This document shows, one piece after another, positions 1 to 13,266 of a stretch of DNA of 64,000 nt. This DNA is from Octopus sinensis (Eukaryota), in the NCBI RefSeq assembly GCF_006345805.1, contig NC_043016.1, forward strand, positions 5,270,001 through 5,334,000. Direction: 5' to 3'. Both the position numbers and the translations under genes were made by a program. The stretch's first letter is position 1. Each line of letters begins with the position of its first letter. The notes beneath the pieces were generated by a model that saw nothing but the letters and a program-made list of their open reading frames with translations, was not told the origin of the DNA and searched no databases.

Positions 1-499
1 ACCTGAAACCGGTTTCAAATTTTAAGACTTACAACTCCTGATATTTTTATAACATTAAACACGGATTACATTCAAGATCTTAAGATAATTTTAAAATATG
101 AAAATGAAACAAAAATATTGGATTTTTTAAAACACTTTTCTGTTGCGCTGAAAAATCGTGTTTGCAATTTCTTTTAGATAATTTTTTTAATGAGAAACTT
201 TTTTCAATAGATATGTAGCAGATGGATGTTTTTTGAACATGAAGATAAATGTAACGATAAGAGATTGAATTGAAGAACGATATGCGTTTTAAGTACAAAC
301 CGAAATTTATTTATACACTTTAAATTGGTAACGAAATGAATTTAAATACATTAAAACATCACTTTTTATTTAAATATATTAAAATATCCCTTTTTTTTCT
401 TTTAGTTTGGAGCTTGGGTATCTTGAATTTTTTAATTTGTTTATCGTTTTTTTACTTGCTGGTGGTTGCTCAATATATCGAGTGAGTTTGGTAGCATTT

Positions 500-1000
500 A
501 TTTTATTTTCTAGTGCTTTATCGTGATTTGAAAGTTGGTAGGTATTTTTGCCACAAACTTTTGCAACAGTGTAAAGACTCGCTGCGTCGTTCCGTAAAAT
601 ATCCTCCCTTTCTATCCTCTCGAATAAGGTTTTTGAGCAGAACTTGCTTTTGCTCGTGTTTTCTATCGCATTTGTTTGTTTTTATTTTTGTTTTTCAATG
701 GACTGAGCTGTTCTAATATTGGAGCTAACTCGAGAAATCATACTGTCCTGAATAGCTGACATAATATCAATTTTTCTGGATTTAGATTGGTCATTTCCAA
801 AACTGTCCCGATCTTTGGCAGTTGGGTTGTACTGTAATTCAACTGGAAGTATGGCTTGCCTGTTGTAAAAAATTTGAAATGGGGTAAAATGTGTAGAAGA
901 ATTTTTGTTGTTCGATACGCAAACAGAACTGATGGTAAGCATTATAAAAATAAGATCACGCTGGGTCGTACCGTATATGAGACGTTCGCACGCGATCCCA
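500..1000 (-). pseudogene. Decayed Ginger/GIN-like (Gypsy-type) integrase C-terminal half
   Basis: Joining minus-strand frames across a frameshift gives LPSVLFAYRTTK / SSTHFTPFQIFYNRQAILPVEL, then CDRKHEQKQVLLKNLIREDRKGG and LYTVAKVCGKNTYQL. This matches the end of the rve core plus the GPY/F-type tail of Gypsy/Ginger integrases. No RT is seen nearby. Confidence 0.55.
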
Positions 1001-1885
1001 TTCTTAATTTATTTACTGACTATATAATACATGCAGCGGCAATACACATAAGTTTGGAATGACAACAAGATTTCTTTTTAAGATATATACATTATTTATT
1101 TTACATATTTTACAATCATGCTTGATGTTGGAAGTTTGTAAGTGTTAGCATGTTTTTGTGTCTGTGTGTTCGTTAGGCGTAAAAAGGTACTGACCCGTGA
1201 AATTACGATGGGATTTGATTCGCAGTTCATGTTGTTGGTATCGGCCTGGCAACAGGTAATAACAGATGGCTTAAGGTAGTTCTTAGAAGAAACTAGAACC
1301 CAAGAACAGATAATTGATTTACCGTTTATGAGGTACAGCGTAAGAATTCCATATCAAGATATTGCGTATCGCAGTTGAGATTAATTGAATCACTCGTTGT
1401 GTTTATCTTTCTCTTGATATGAACATACTTCCAGACATGTTACTGTAGCCGTTTTTTCCGTGGCGAGAATTTCACCTAACCGCTATAGCTGAATCTGTAG
1501 TCGTCTTGTGTACAAATTAAATCTTCGATGTTTGGCGCTTGGTTTTCGCTGCGTCTTCATCATATGTTCTGCTTGGTTATTTTTCTCTAGTTATAGATAT
1601 CCTGTAACCGTTCTTCATGGTGATATTTCACACTAACAGTATAAGAGGTATCTGTAACATCTTGTATTAATGGTGGTCGCCTGCCTTTCGAACTGGAACT
1701 TGGTCGAGTATGCTCTGTGTGGTCAGAGACTTAGCTCTTAAAAGAACTAAAAGCCTAAGACGAGCTCTGTGTGGTCAGAGGTTCGCCCTGAGAAGGACTG
1801 GAAACCTAAGACGAATATTTGTCTGAGAAACCTTCTTTTATAAGCTTCACCAGGCTCCCAGTGAACTTCAGAAATGGAAAGCTGT

Positions 1886-2027
1886 GATTGGCTGCTTGGA
1901 ACTATGGCGCGAAAATAAGTCGAGACAATTCGCGTCACGTGTCAATCAGTGGCGGACTTCGGAGGGACCCTCGTGTCACATGTCACCCAGTGGCGCGAAA
2001 CACGTAGAGACTAACGTGTCAACCAAT
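1886..2027. promoter_or_regulatory. CpG-rich motif cluster (2x E2F-like, 2x CCAAT, E-box)
   Basis: TGGCGCGAAA at 1905-1914 and 1991-2000, ATTGG at about 1887-1891, CCAAT at 2023-2027 and CACGTG at 1936-1941. Motif match only. Confidence 0.35.
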
Positions 2028-2299
2028 CGAATTAGTGTTTACAACAATGTTGAACTAGCCGAAGCTGTTTGTAATCTCGACCGAGGTTATTCTTAATACT
2101 CTTCTCAAACAGTGAAGATAGCAATGAGAGACGATATTGCTACAGCATACAACGTTCCCCAGGGGATTTAATAAAAGTATGTTTTATAGTACGATTCTGT
2201 CGTTCCACGAGGCTTGATGGTGATAATCATTTATGTCCTGCTGTGTTTTTGTTAGTTTATGTAGTTCTTCGTTGGTCACTTATCTGAATTTTTAAAAAT

Positions 2300-2318
2300 T
2301 TTTGTTGTTGTTGTTGTT

Positions 2319-2350
<32 letters not shown>

Positions 2351-2700
2351 TTCTAACGCTGGAGATGTATTACAGTGTCAGATGTTCACCTCTTATTTTT
2401 CGAGTACCTTCTAGAGTATTCGAGCGGTTCCAAGCAGTATTGTTTTCTGCATGTGCTCCACCCCTATTGCAGCCCCTATTTGTTCCACGTACTTCTGGAA
2501 ATTTTTGCTCACTCTTCCCAGGGCTCCGACAATTATTGGTATTACTGCTACCTTTTTCATTGACTGCTTAACTTCCCAAGCTAACCTGTCATATCTCTCG
2601 ACTTTTCTTTCTTCCTTATGGCATACATTATTGTCAGCTGTTATGTCTATGATCCAGCATAGTTTGTTTTCTTTCTCAATTAAGACTATGTCCGGCTTAT
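2300..2700 (-). mobile_element. 5'-truncated R4/Dong-like non-LTR retrotransposon, REL endonuclease end
   Basis: ORF 2411-3007 after the N-repeat reads KPDIVLIEK...WIIDI...KVERYDRL...IPIIVGALG...QKTILLGTARIL (PD-(D/E)xK restriction-like endonuclease), followed by an (AAC)n-type tail. Confidence 0.8.
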
Positions 2701-2710
2701 TATTATTATT

Positions 2711-2799
<89 letters not shown>

Positions 2800-2965
2800 C
2801 ATTATTATTATCATTATTATTATCGTTATTATTATCGTTATTATCATCGTTATTATTATCATTATTATTATCGTTATTATTATCGTTATTATTATCATTA
2901 TTATTATCGTTATTATTATCGTTATTATTATCATTATTATTATCGTTGTTGTTGTTGTTGTTGTT
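2697..2965. repeat. (AAT)n/(GAT)n/(AAC)n compound microsatellite
   Basis: Directly visible; it lies between the two R4/Dong-like fragments. Confidence 0.95.
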
Positions 2966-4625
2966 GTATGTTTGACTTTGCTTTACATTTGTACAAGTTG
3001 GCTTCAAGTCTCAGCCAGATACCTCAAGAGACAAGTTGGAACTTCATGTTGTTGTTATGCCTAGTATGCCATATATTTGGTTTTGTACTTAGTGTTGTAT
3101 TAATGAATGTTTAAAAAAAACATACGAAAAGTATGTTTGTTTTAAAACTTGAGATTACATAGAAAGTATTTTGCCTAGGATATGAGCAGTTCCCATGAGC
3201 ACTATCTTTTGAATTTCTGCCATTTTGGGGTTTCCTGGTATCTGAGTTAGGTAGCAATCAGCTCCTTTTGCTATCATTCCCAGGTATGACAACAGGTATT
3301 GTTTTAGTCTTCAGGTTCCACATTTTGCTGATTTCTATTTCCAGATCTTTATATTTGCTCAGTTTTTGGTAGGTCTTGACAGATACGTTTATATCGATTG
3401 GGACAGTCATATCAATGAGGAGGCATGTTCTTTGTCTGAAGTCTTTCAGTATCATGTCTGGCCTATTCGCATCTATATTTCTGTCAGTTTGAATGGTGAA
3501 GTTCCAGACGAGTGAGATATGATCATTTTCAAGCACTGGAAATGGTTTGTGTTCCCAACAGTTTTTATCATGGGGCAAGTCCAGGCTTTTGCAAATTACC
3601 CGGTGAATATATTGTGCAGCTCTATCATGCCTGTTGAGATACTCTGTAGGCGCTAGAAGACTGCACTTGGAGACAACATGATCAATGGTTTCATTTTGTT
3701 GTTGACATACTCGACATGTTGGGCTACTGCCGTTCTTTACTATGTTGGCCTGGTAGTTCCTTGTAGGTAGGCATTGATCTTGAGCTGCTATGATAAACCC
3801 CTTTGTTTCAGATTTTAAGCCAGAGGCCATTAGCCATTGATGGGTCAGGGCTTTGTCAACATCTGCATTATTCGCTCTCATTGAGAGGTTTTTCTTGCCA
3901 TTTATCATTCAGAATTTTGAGAGAGGTATTAAGGCTAAACAAAAAAGGAGTAGTGATAGTGAGTCACCCTGGAAAATGCCACATGAAACTTTTACATCAC
4001 CAACATTTAGAGATTCATTGTCACTGTTCAGAGTTAGTGTGGTTTTCCATGATCTCATACTTACAGTCAAAAAGTTTCGCAGAGTAGGTGCTATCATATA
4101 CATTTCCAGGCATTTCCTAATCCAGCTGTGTGGTAGGCTATCAAAAGCCTTTTTATTGTCTATCCAGGCTATTGATAAGTATTTGTGTCGTTTGTGACAA
4201 TCTTCTAAGATCATCTTATTGATGAGCAGTTGGTCTTTACAACCGTAGGATCCACGTTTACATCCTTTTTGTTCATTAGGGAATATGCTGCTCTTTGTTA
4301 AAAAACAATAGGTATATTCCGTCAGGACAGATGTTAGTGTTTTATACATAGTTGTTAAGCAGGTTATGGGTCTATAGTTTTTTGGTTCATTTGTTTCTTC
4401 ACTTTTTGGAAGCAGGAATGTTAAACCATTAACTAGCCAAGGAGGCATCCTACTAGGGTGTTACAAAACATCATTGTAAAGTTCTGTAAGCAGTTCATGT
4501 CTCTCTGAGAATGCATTCAACCAGAAGTTAGGAATTTTATCCTTTCCTGAAGACTTCCATTTGCTTGACCTCCTGAGAGCAGATCTTATCTCTTCTACCT
4601 TGACACCCTCCCACTTTTGCTCCTC

Positions 4626-4627
<2 letters not shown>
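2966..4627 (-). mobile_element. R4/Dong-like non-LTR retrotransposon (RT + CCHC + REL), 5'-truncated and internally deleted
   Basis: ORF 4461-4685 (KWKSSGKDKIPNFWL), ORF 3909-4448 (KNYRPITCL, EQKG, KAFDSLPH, GIFQGDSLS) and ORF 3258-3908 (CRVCQQQNETIDHVVSKC; DANRPDMILKD...LLIDMTVP...KLSKYKDL). Bounded by (AAT)n on both sides. Confidence 0.9.
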
Positions 4628-4668
<41 letters not shown>

Positions 4669-4693
4669 ATTATTATTATTATCATTATTCAGG

Positions 4694-4738
4694 TTCCCTG
4701 ATGAAGGCTGGAGGGTTTATCAGCCGAAACGTTGTGTT
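4694..4738 (+). ncRNA. Minimal type-I hammerhead motif, core intact, stem I damaged
   Basis: CTGATGA 4698-4704, extra A, stem II GGCTG/CAGCC (4706-4710/4721-4725), GAAAC 4726-4730 and GTT cleavage triplet 4731-4733 within palindrome AACGTT. Same family as the 54134-54731 element. Confidence 0.65.
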
Positions 4739-5747
4739 AACAACAAAGATGAGGACAAATATTCGTCAAATGTAAATAATGTAAATAATGTACATAATTT
4801 CTCTCTTCTTAAATATAGAACAGGAAAACTTAAAAGGTAGTGTTAACAGATATTGACTTAAAATTAGCAAATAGACAGCCAGGCTTGTGGTAGCCGAATA
4901 ACAGATTAGTTTTCTTATCAATGTATACATTTTGAAGTTGCAAAACTTGCGTACTTACAGAAGCAAAGGCCGCAACAGAGCACTTTGAGTGAATAAGAAA
5001 GGAACTTGTTAAGCATGCTTCGAGATTTATTGGGCAGAGCAATTCCTACTACGGAAATTTCCAGATAAAGCAGTATGTAGAGATGAAGATTTTCTTTCCA
5101 GTTCTAGGGACTGGAACAAACTCTACTTGGTAGAAACAGCAGCTGAGTCTCACTCAAATTACACTCAATTATATAATTTAAGGAGCGGACACACTGGATA
5201 ACAGAATTCACTGCCTGAAATTAATTCGGCTGAAGTGGTCACGGTGAAACGTTACTTTCTTTCACAAATTTTTACGTTCACGACCTAAAAAATATGGTGC
5301 TTCACTCACGATCATAATACCATGGTTTCGATTCCCGGACCGGGCGTTGAGCTAGGTTTGTGTAAGAAGAAACAGAACGTCTTGAAGTGTCATTAAACAT
5401 CAAGCATCTTTTAAAAATAGTGTGTGCACTTAAATATATATATTTGTACTGTTAAGTAGACATATTTGTCTACTTAACAGCACAGAGGGCAGCTCCGGAT
5501 AGATTTGCCTTATTTGAAACCATCATATATTTAATCACTAACCTCTTCCCCTACATAAGGAGCTGAAAGTGCTATGGTAGCACACTTATTGCGAATATAT
5601 AGAGGTGTGGGTTCGAGTGCTATACTTACGAAAAACTCACTTTTTTCTGTCGAGGGCTTATATGCCCCAATATCAGACTATTTTCTTTAGTCATTACACA
5701 GTGATCGCTTATAAGCTTTGAGCTCATAAGATATTATTATAATGAAG

Positions 5748-6025
5748 GCGCATGGCTCAGTGGTTAGAGCATCGGTTCCACAATCATGAGATAGTGAGTT
5801 TGAATCCCGGACCGGACTATGTGTTGTGTTCTTTATTTCTCGTTGCTCCAGTCACTGGGGCCAAGCTGTATCGGCTTTTGATAACATCAGTGGTATGGGT
5901 TCAAGGGAGGCTGGTATGCACGGGCAGCTGCTGATCTTCCATAAAAAAAACTTGTCCGGACTTTGGCCTCGGAGGAGAACTTTCTAGGTGCAATCCCATG
6001 GTCATTCATGACCAAAAGAGGTCTT
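5748..6025 (+). mobile_element. tRNA-derived SINE
   Basis: A box TGGCTCAGTGG and B-box-like GAGTTTGAATCC at the head; the body resembles other SINE copies in the window. Confidence 0.7.
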
Positions 6026-6873
6026 CATCCTTTACTTTACCTCTCAAATACACTGTTATTTCCTTTACCGTCACTTTGTTGTAGTCCACTCAGCTGTAAA
6101 TGGCTAGCTCTGCAATGGTCTGGCGTCACATTCAATGGGGACGCTGTGATCCTGGACATTGATATGCCATAGAAACTGGCTTACTGGTTGCTATGAGACC
6201 AACGTCTTCAGGCAATAATATCCTAGGAATGGTGGTAATGATGGTATAAGTAATATCGTAAACTCAATTTTGGACAAATGTCCTTTCTTCATAACAGTTC
6301 ATGACAAGGCCAACAGTACCAATGAATCTTATGCAACATCTGGTTCGTTATCTTGTTTAGTGTGTATTATAAGTTCTTCTAATATGACAAGGATATGTGA
6401 CCATTATCTTTTGTGGTTCAGATGAGTGACTATTTCATATATTAGGATCTTTCAAAAAATACCCGATCGTTTTTATTGTAAGAAAATCTGGGCTCTAGTA
6501 AATGGTGATTACTCCATCTTCACGGATGATTGCTAACTCCTTCTTGCTTCCTTGTTGCCAATGGCCTTTCTGACTTTCCATCCATGACCTCTCAGATGAC
6601 TATTGCAAAGTTTGAAGCATAAGTGACAGATGAAAGTTCTAACTTACTGTACGCTTCCAACTGGTTATGTCTGCACGCGTTGCTACTCATGCATTCGGTA
6701 GATGGAATGACAAATAAGGTCACTCTAAAGAGAAATTTATACATCATTGGGTTATTGTGATAAATACTTGTGCAATACGAGTACCACTCACTTAGTCTCT
6801 GTAATAAGTACCCAGTCATAGGCTGAAGTGAGATGACCGGTAATCACGGGAAACCACACGTTTTACATCAGGA

Positions 6874-6875
<2 letters not shown>

Positions 6876-6955
<80 letters not shown>

Positions 6956-7240
6956 ATACATACATACATACATACATACATACATACATACATACATACA
7001 TACATACATACATACATACATACATACATACTACATACATACATACATACATACATACATACATACATACATACATACATACTACATACATACATACATA
7101 CATACATACATACATACATACATACATACATACATACATACATACATACATACATACATACATACATACATACATACATACATACATACATACATACATA
7201 CATACATACATACATACATACATACATACATACATACATA
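6876..7240. repeat. (CT)n followed by (TACA)n microsatellite
   Basis: Directly visible. Confidence 0.97.
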
Positions 7241-7249
7241 GCTGAACAA

Positions 7250-7480
7250 GAAAAGCTATTGCCAAAAAGATTTGCTGAAATGATTCATTATTGATGCCAT
7301 GTGATGCCCTTTTATGACTTTTAAGCAGAGCCAAAGTTTTACACATTTTATTACATACTGCACAGCTTTCTCTGCACTCCCTTAACATGTCTTTTCAAAC
7401 TTCGAACCAAGAGGCACACCCTTCCACATTTACACATGTTCTGTTGTGAATTGTAATAGCCACATCACTGTTTATCACGA
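7250..7480 (-). pseudogene. Decayed LINE C-terminal zinc-finger-like fragments
   Basis: CKCGRVCLLVRSLKRHVK and CAVCNKMCKTLALLKSHKRASH in adjacent frames, similar to the Cys/His tails of RTE-type ORFs. Confidence 0.4.
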
Positions 7481-7496
7481 GTCGATTCCGTACATA

Positions 7497-7861
7497 CATG
7501 TATGTATGTATGTATGTATGTATGTATGTATGCATGCATGTATGTATGTATGTATGTATGTATGTATGTGTGTATGTGTGCATGTATGTATGTATGAATG
7601 TATGTATGTATGTATGTATGTATGTATGTGTGTATGTGTGCATGTATGTATGTATGTATGTATGTATGTATGTATGTATGTATGCATGTATGTATGTATG
7701 TATGTGTGTGTGTGTGTGCATGTATGTATGCATGTATGTATGTATGTATGTATGTATGCATGCATGCGTGTATGCGTGTATGTATGTATGTATGTATGTA
7801 TGTATGTATGTATGTATGTATGTATGTATGTATGTATGTATGTGTCTGTATGTGTGTGTGT

Positions 7862-7890
<29 letters not shown>
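7497..7890. repeat. (TATG)n/(TG)n compound microsatellite
   Basis: Directly visible. Confidence 0.95.
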
Positions 7891-7892
<2 letters not shown>

Positions 7893-7914
7893 ATTTGTAT
7901 GTTTCGCTTTATGT

Positions 7915-8045
7915 ATGTAAATGATAAACTTCCGGAAAGTTTTACAGAATTTTACAGTTCCAGTGAAGGATTGGATCTGTAGTCTTCGAATTAGTTTTCT
8001 CCTTTCTGGTTTTGAAAAGCCTACTTTCTCAAGATTGGTAATTAG
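7915..8045 (-). pseudogene. C-terminal fragment of a REL-type non-LTR retrotransposon ORF
   Basis: LEKVGFSKPERRKLIRRLQIQSFTGTVKFCKTFRKF, ending at a microsatellite tail; resembles REL-LINE ORF ends. Confidence 0.4.
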
Positions 8046-9599
8046 GCAGTGTGCGTGTGAGCGTGTGTGTGCGTATGTGTGTGTGTTTGTGTCTGTGTGT
8101 AAACGACGAGCATCCGAACAGTTTCCATTTACTAAATTCATTCACAAGGTTTTGGTTGGCCTCGGATTATAATGGAAGACACCTGCTCAAGGTACCATGC
8201 AGTCGGACTGAACTCAGAACCATGTGGTTGGGAAGCATGCTTCTTATCATACAACCACGCCTGCATGCTGTTATTAGCATTCATTTTTAAAATTATTATT
8301 TAATTTTGCTAACAAACACCTATTGATTTTTGTTTCTTAAAGATCAAAAACTGAAATGCTATCGTCTTCTTCAGAACATGCTAGAATAAATCAAGGGAGG
8401 TAACTCTTAAATACTTAGCAGTTATCTTATCCTGCAACGAGAAATAGCTGTGTATGTATGCATCTATGTGCATGTGTGCGTGCGTGTTGGTATGTCATTT
8501 TGTTTATGTGAACCAATCCTATTTTTATGTAGTGATGGGTAACTAATAAACTCATGGTTCATTACTGGTTCCGTAAGCGAGGTCAAGAGCTGATATTCCT
8601 GCAGGTTCAATAGAAGAGAGACACTTTGGACTTTGAAGAAGATGGAGACATATTGTAAAAGATTTGCAGACACAGATATCAATGCTACTGTAGCTGCTCA
8701 ATCCTCGAAAAGATACAGACTGGATTTCAGATTACACTTTGAATGGTTATCATAATGTAGTACCATACTCCTGCTCTCACATCATGGCAACCACCATGCC
8801 ATGTCTCTGATGTTTGTAAAATTTTCTCCCTTTCTCTCTCAAGACTCAAAGACTCTGACGAAAGTCATAGAGTCTCCCCTAAATGTCTTTTCTTGAATAA
8901 TTCATTTTAACAGAGACAGTCTCTGTCTTTACCATAGATATAAAAATACCTTATTTGGTGATAGCAGTACCATTAATGGAACGTATACGTAGGAATTATT
9001 TTTCAGCAGATACGATCATGTTGCACATATTTTATGACACGGAGTGATTTTTTTAAAGCCAGGAGTTCAACCACAGCTGTCCATCTCTCACAGGGATATT
9101 CAACCTAACAAAATTATGATGTCGATGAATCACAAATAAACTTTTGGTTAGGAAAGTGATTTATCGTTGGAGATATTTCTTTTCCGCAGAATGAGTTGAT
9201 TTCAGCCCTGCAAACCAACTTACACACACATACACACAACATTTTTACAGTGCTGCCACTGTTTACAAACGAACAACTCAAGCTGAAGCGGAGGTTTTAT
9301 ATGTACTTGGGTGCTTGGCCTGAATTGTCTGCTATTCACAATCAACCATGTTCAAAAACAAAAAGGAAGGACTTGTTGGATAATGTATGCTAAGATATAC
9401 AAAACAAACAGGATGGTTACAGCTATGATGCTATTGATGGCCGGTCCACTCAGTCAAGGAAGATGTGGGGTTAAGCAACAGCAACCGTGGACAATACTAC
9501 AACCCATCAGTAGCTTCAGGGTTAAATTTGACAATTTGCATAAAAGGAAAAGAAAATACAATACCCCATCCGAAAATATAAGTATTTTTAAAAATCAAA

Positions 9600-10250
9600 A
9601 ACACATCATCCAGAATATGGCTGGAAGATAACAATTTAGTCAGCTTTCCACCATGACTTCAAGAGGGTTACCTCTTGGTCATGGCCACCAGTTGCGCTTG
9701 ATGTTGCAGGCAGAGTGATTGGTGTCTTTCTCAACAGTTCTCCACACATAGTAATCTATAGGATTACAATCGGGAGAATTAGGAAGCCAGAAATTGAGGC
9801 TGGTGAGGTCATAGGAAGTCTCTGACAACTTCTTCTGACTCTTTCTGAAAATATAGCAAAGAATTGAATGCTGCTACCACATATATGACCTTCCCACAGC
9901 AACCTGCTTCAGCCAGAGTTTGACGATAGTCTCCTGTAGCTTCGCATAGCCATCTGAATTGAGCCTAAAGCCCTGTTCTACAGTTGTAGAGCAAATCTTG
10001 AATTATGGACACAGTCAGAATACCTGCTGCATCCCTTTCCACAAGTCAGGGCTTCATAGTCTCCATTGCAGTTGTTAATGCTATATCTTATAGCTTTTAC
10101 AGTGTTCACAGAGCACTAAGCAGGAGTCATGGCATTGGCGTTTTGATGCCCAGAGCAAATCATCATGATACAAATAACTCTTTTCTGTTATCCTGGCTCC
10201 CATCATATCAACTAACTCTTTCTCAACTACAATTTTAATCTTTATGTTCT
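9600..10250 (-). mobile_element. Decayed Tc1/mariner transposase (maT/DD37D-like)
   Basis: Minus strand reads FWLPNSPDCNPIDYYVWRTVEKDTNHSAC (the WPxxSPDxNPxD motif), with degraded upstream motifs. Confidence 0.7.
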
Positions 10251-11099
10251 CCAGCACCATTGACTGTTCACCAATATATCAAGCTGCTCCTGCATAAACA
10301 AGATATAACGCAATCACCAAATTTAGCCTGAACAACCCGTATTTACATTGAAATAAATTCAAGCATGGCTATGTGGTTGAGAAGTTTGCTTTTGAATACA
10401 CAGGTCAAGATTCGACTCTATTGTCCAACACATTGAACAATTATCTTCTATCACAGACTCATGTTGACCAAAGCATTATGAGTACATTTTCAGAAAGCCA
10501 ACAAAAGTGAACTGTTTTCTGGAGAGTGGAAGTTACCTGGTAATTCCACTTTGCCATGGATTATCATTGAATATTCTCATTTAAAACTGCTAATGGACAT
10601 TACTTATAACTGTACTGTTAATTTGATTATTTGATCATGGAACTACCTAATGCATACCTATTTTACTCTGATCTTTTCCCCATTTGTGACAAACTGGAAT
10701 ATCCTCAACTGGAGATATTCCCTAATTTTTACATCCCTTTGACTTCTGCTTCTCTGATGATGGTATACTCAGCTTATGGAATCCTTATTCAATATGTTGA
10801 TTCACATGCTTGACTATTCTAGAAGCAGCTGCAAGAGACTCCGTATCTTTAGATTATCTATCTAAATTAAATGGGTTTTTTGTCAAATGATGCTAAACAA
10901 TTTACTTTTTCATTTTTACTTTAGTCATACATACATACCTATATACATACGTATACATAAATATATGTATATATATACACACACACACACATACACACAC
11001 ATATATATGCTAGCATGGAGAACGGATGTTAAACGATGATGATGATGATGATGATATATATACATACATACATATATATATACATATTATACATACTTA

Positions 11100-12070
11100 C
11101 ATGAATGGTTAGTGAGAGCTGTGCGAGCCATGTACAGGGACGCTGCTAGTAAGGTGAGGGTTAGCAATGAGTACAGTGAAGAATTCCAGGTAGAGGTAGG
11201 TGTCCACCAAGGCTCAGTCCTCAGCCCCCTCCTATTTATCATAGTCCTCCAGGCAATAACGGAGGAATTCAAGACAGGATGCCCTTGGGAACTCCTCTAT
11301 GCTGATGACCTTGCTTTAATTGCTGAGTCACTATCAGAACTGGAGGAGAAGTTTCAGGTGTGGAAGCAAGGATTAGAATCGAAGGGCCTTAGAGTCAATC
11401 TAGCTAAAACCAAAGTGCTAATAAGTAGGAAGGTAGACAAATCACAAACGCCTTCAGGTAGATGGCCCTGCTCGATCTGTAGAAAAGGTGTAGGTAGAAA
11501 CTCTATAAGATGCACCAAGTGTAAGCTATGGACACATAAGAGGTGCAGCAATGTCAAAGGAAGGCTAACTAGGAAGACGGTTTTTGTATGTGGCTCAGGA
11601 ACAATAAACACTGAAAATGTTCTGAGACCAACTTCTGTCACTTTCCAGGGAGAAAAACTAGAAATAGTTGATAGCTTCCGTTACCTAGGTGACCAAGTCA
11701 GTAGCGGGGGCGGGTGTGCTGAAAGTGTAACTGCTAGAGTAAGAATAGCTTGGGCAAAGTTCAGAGAGCTCTTACCTCTGCTGGTGAGAAAAGGCCTCTT
11801 GCTCAGAGTAAAAGGCAGACTGTATGACGCGTGTGTACGAACAGCCATGCTACATGGCAGTGAAACATAGGCTGTGACTGCTGAGGATATGCGTAAGCTT
11901 GCAAGAAATGAAGCCAGTATGCTCCGATGGATGTGTAATGTCAGTGTTCATACTCGACAGAGTGTAAGTACCTTGAGAGAAAAGAAGCATCAGATGTGGT
12001 GTGCAAGAGAGACATTCGAACTTTAGGTCTCACTGAGGCAATGACTAATACCGAGACCTTTCGAAATATA
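11100..12070 (+). mobile_element. 5'-truncated RTE-clade LINE (RT with PHD-like insert)
   Basis: ORF 11112-11870: GVHQGSVLSPLLF, LYADDLAL, CSIC..CTKC..HKRC and FRYLGD, followed by stops and deletions. Confidence 0.9.
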
Positions 12071-12385
12071 CTGTGCCAGTGGCACATAAAAAGCACCATC
12101 CGTTCATGGCCATTGCCAGCCTCACCTGGCCCCCGTGCCGGTGGCACATAAAAAGCACTATCCGACCGTGGCCATTTGCCAGACTCGTCTGGCACCTGTG
12201 CCAGTGGCACGTAAAAAGCACCCACTACACTCATGGAGTGGTTGGTGTTAGGAAGGGCATCCAGCCGTAGAAACATTGCCAGATCAAACTGGGCCTGGTG
12301 CAGCCTTCTGGCTTCCCAGACCCCAGTTGAACCATCCAACCTATGCTAGCATGGAAAGCGGACGCTAAACGATGATGATGATGAT
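12070..12385 (+). mobile_element. Non-autonomous RTE-related repeat with (GAT)n tail
   Basis: GTGGCACATAAAAAGCACC units and a TTAGGAAGGGCATCCAGC...GCTAGCATGGAAAGCGGACGCTAAACGATGATGATG end. Related copies near 26150 (-), 29010 (+), 37400 (-) and 50950-51240 (+). Confidence 0.75.
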
Positions 12386-12399
12386 GATATATATAGAGA

Positions 12400-12891
<492 letters not shown>

Positions 12892-13049
12892 GATACACCC
12901 AAGTAAGCACATAAATGTAAAACAAGATGGGAAAAATAGTACTCGAATACCAGAGGTAGAGTAATATGCTTTATTATTAAAGCTGCAAAAAACATTACAA
13001 AAATATCAGAAAAGCTGCTACTCAGAGTTCCCGTTCATTTGGCAGTTGT

Positions 13050-13229
13050 GATCAGAGATCCCCCTTTGATCATGACTTTACCATGGGATTGCACCTAGAA
13101 AGTTACCATCCCAGACACAAGTTCGGGCAAGTTTGTTTATGGAAGACTAGCAGTGTTATCCAAGGGAAAGGCAATGGCTGATACAGCTTGGCACCTGTGA
13201 CGTTGCAACTCATTTCTGAAAGAAGCCCG

Positions 13230-13266
<37 letters not shown>

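Noticed and set aside
1-60. GAAACCGGTTTC palindrome resembling the 3' half of an HHR
   Set aside because: No matching core or stem I on the minus strand, and the plus-strand 5' half would lie outside the window.
6180-6830. Possible old LINE remnant or exon
   Set aside because: Stops in all frames and no motif I could assign with confidence.
6816-8141. Long ORFs rich in YVCM/HTYI, and similar ones at 12.2-13.0, 32.9-33.7, 35.1-36.3 and 56.3-57.2 kb
   Set aside because: They are translations of stop-free microsatellites, not genes.
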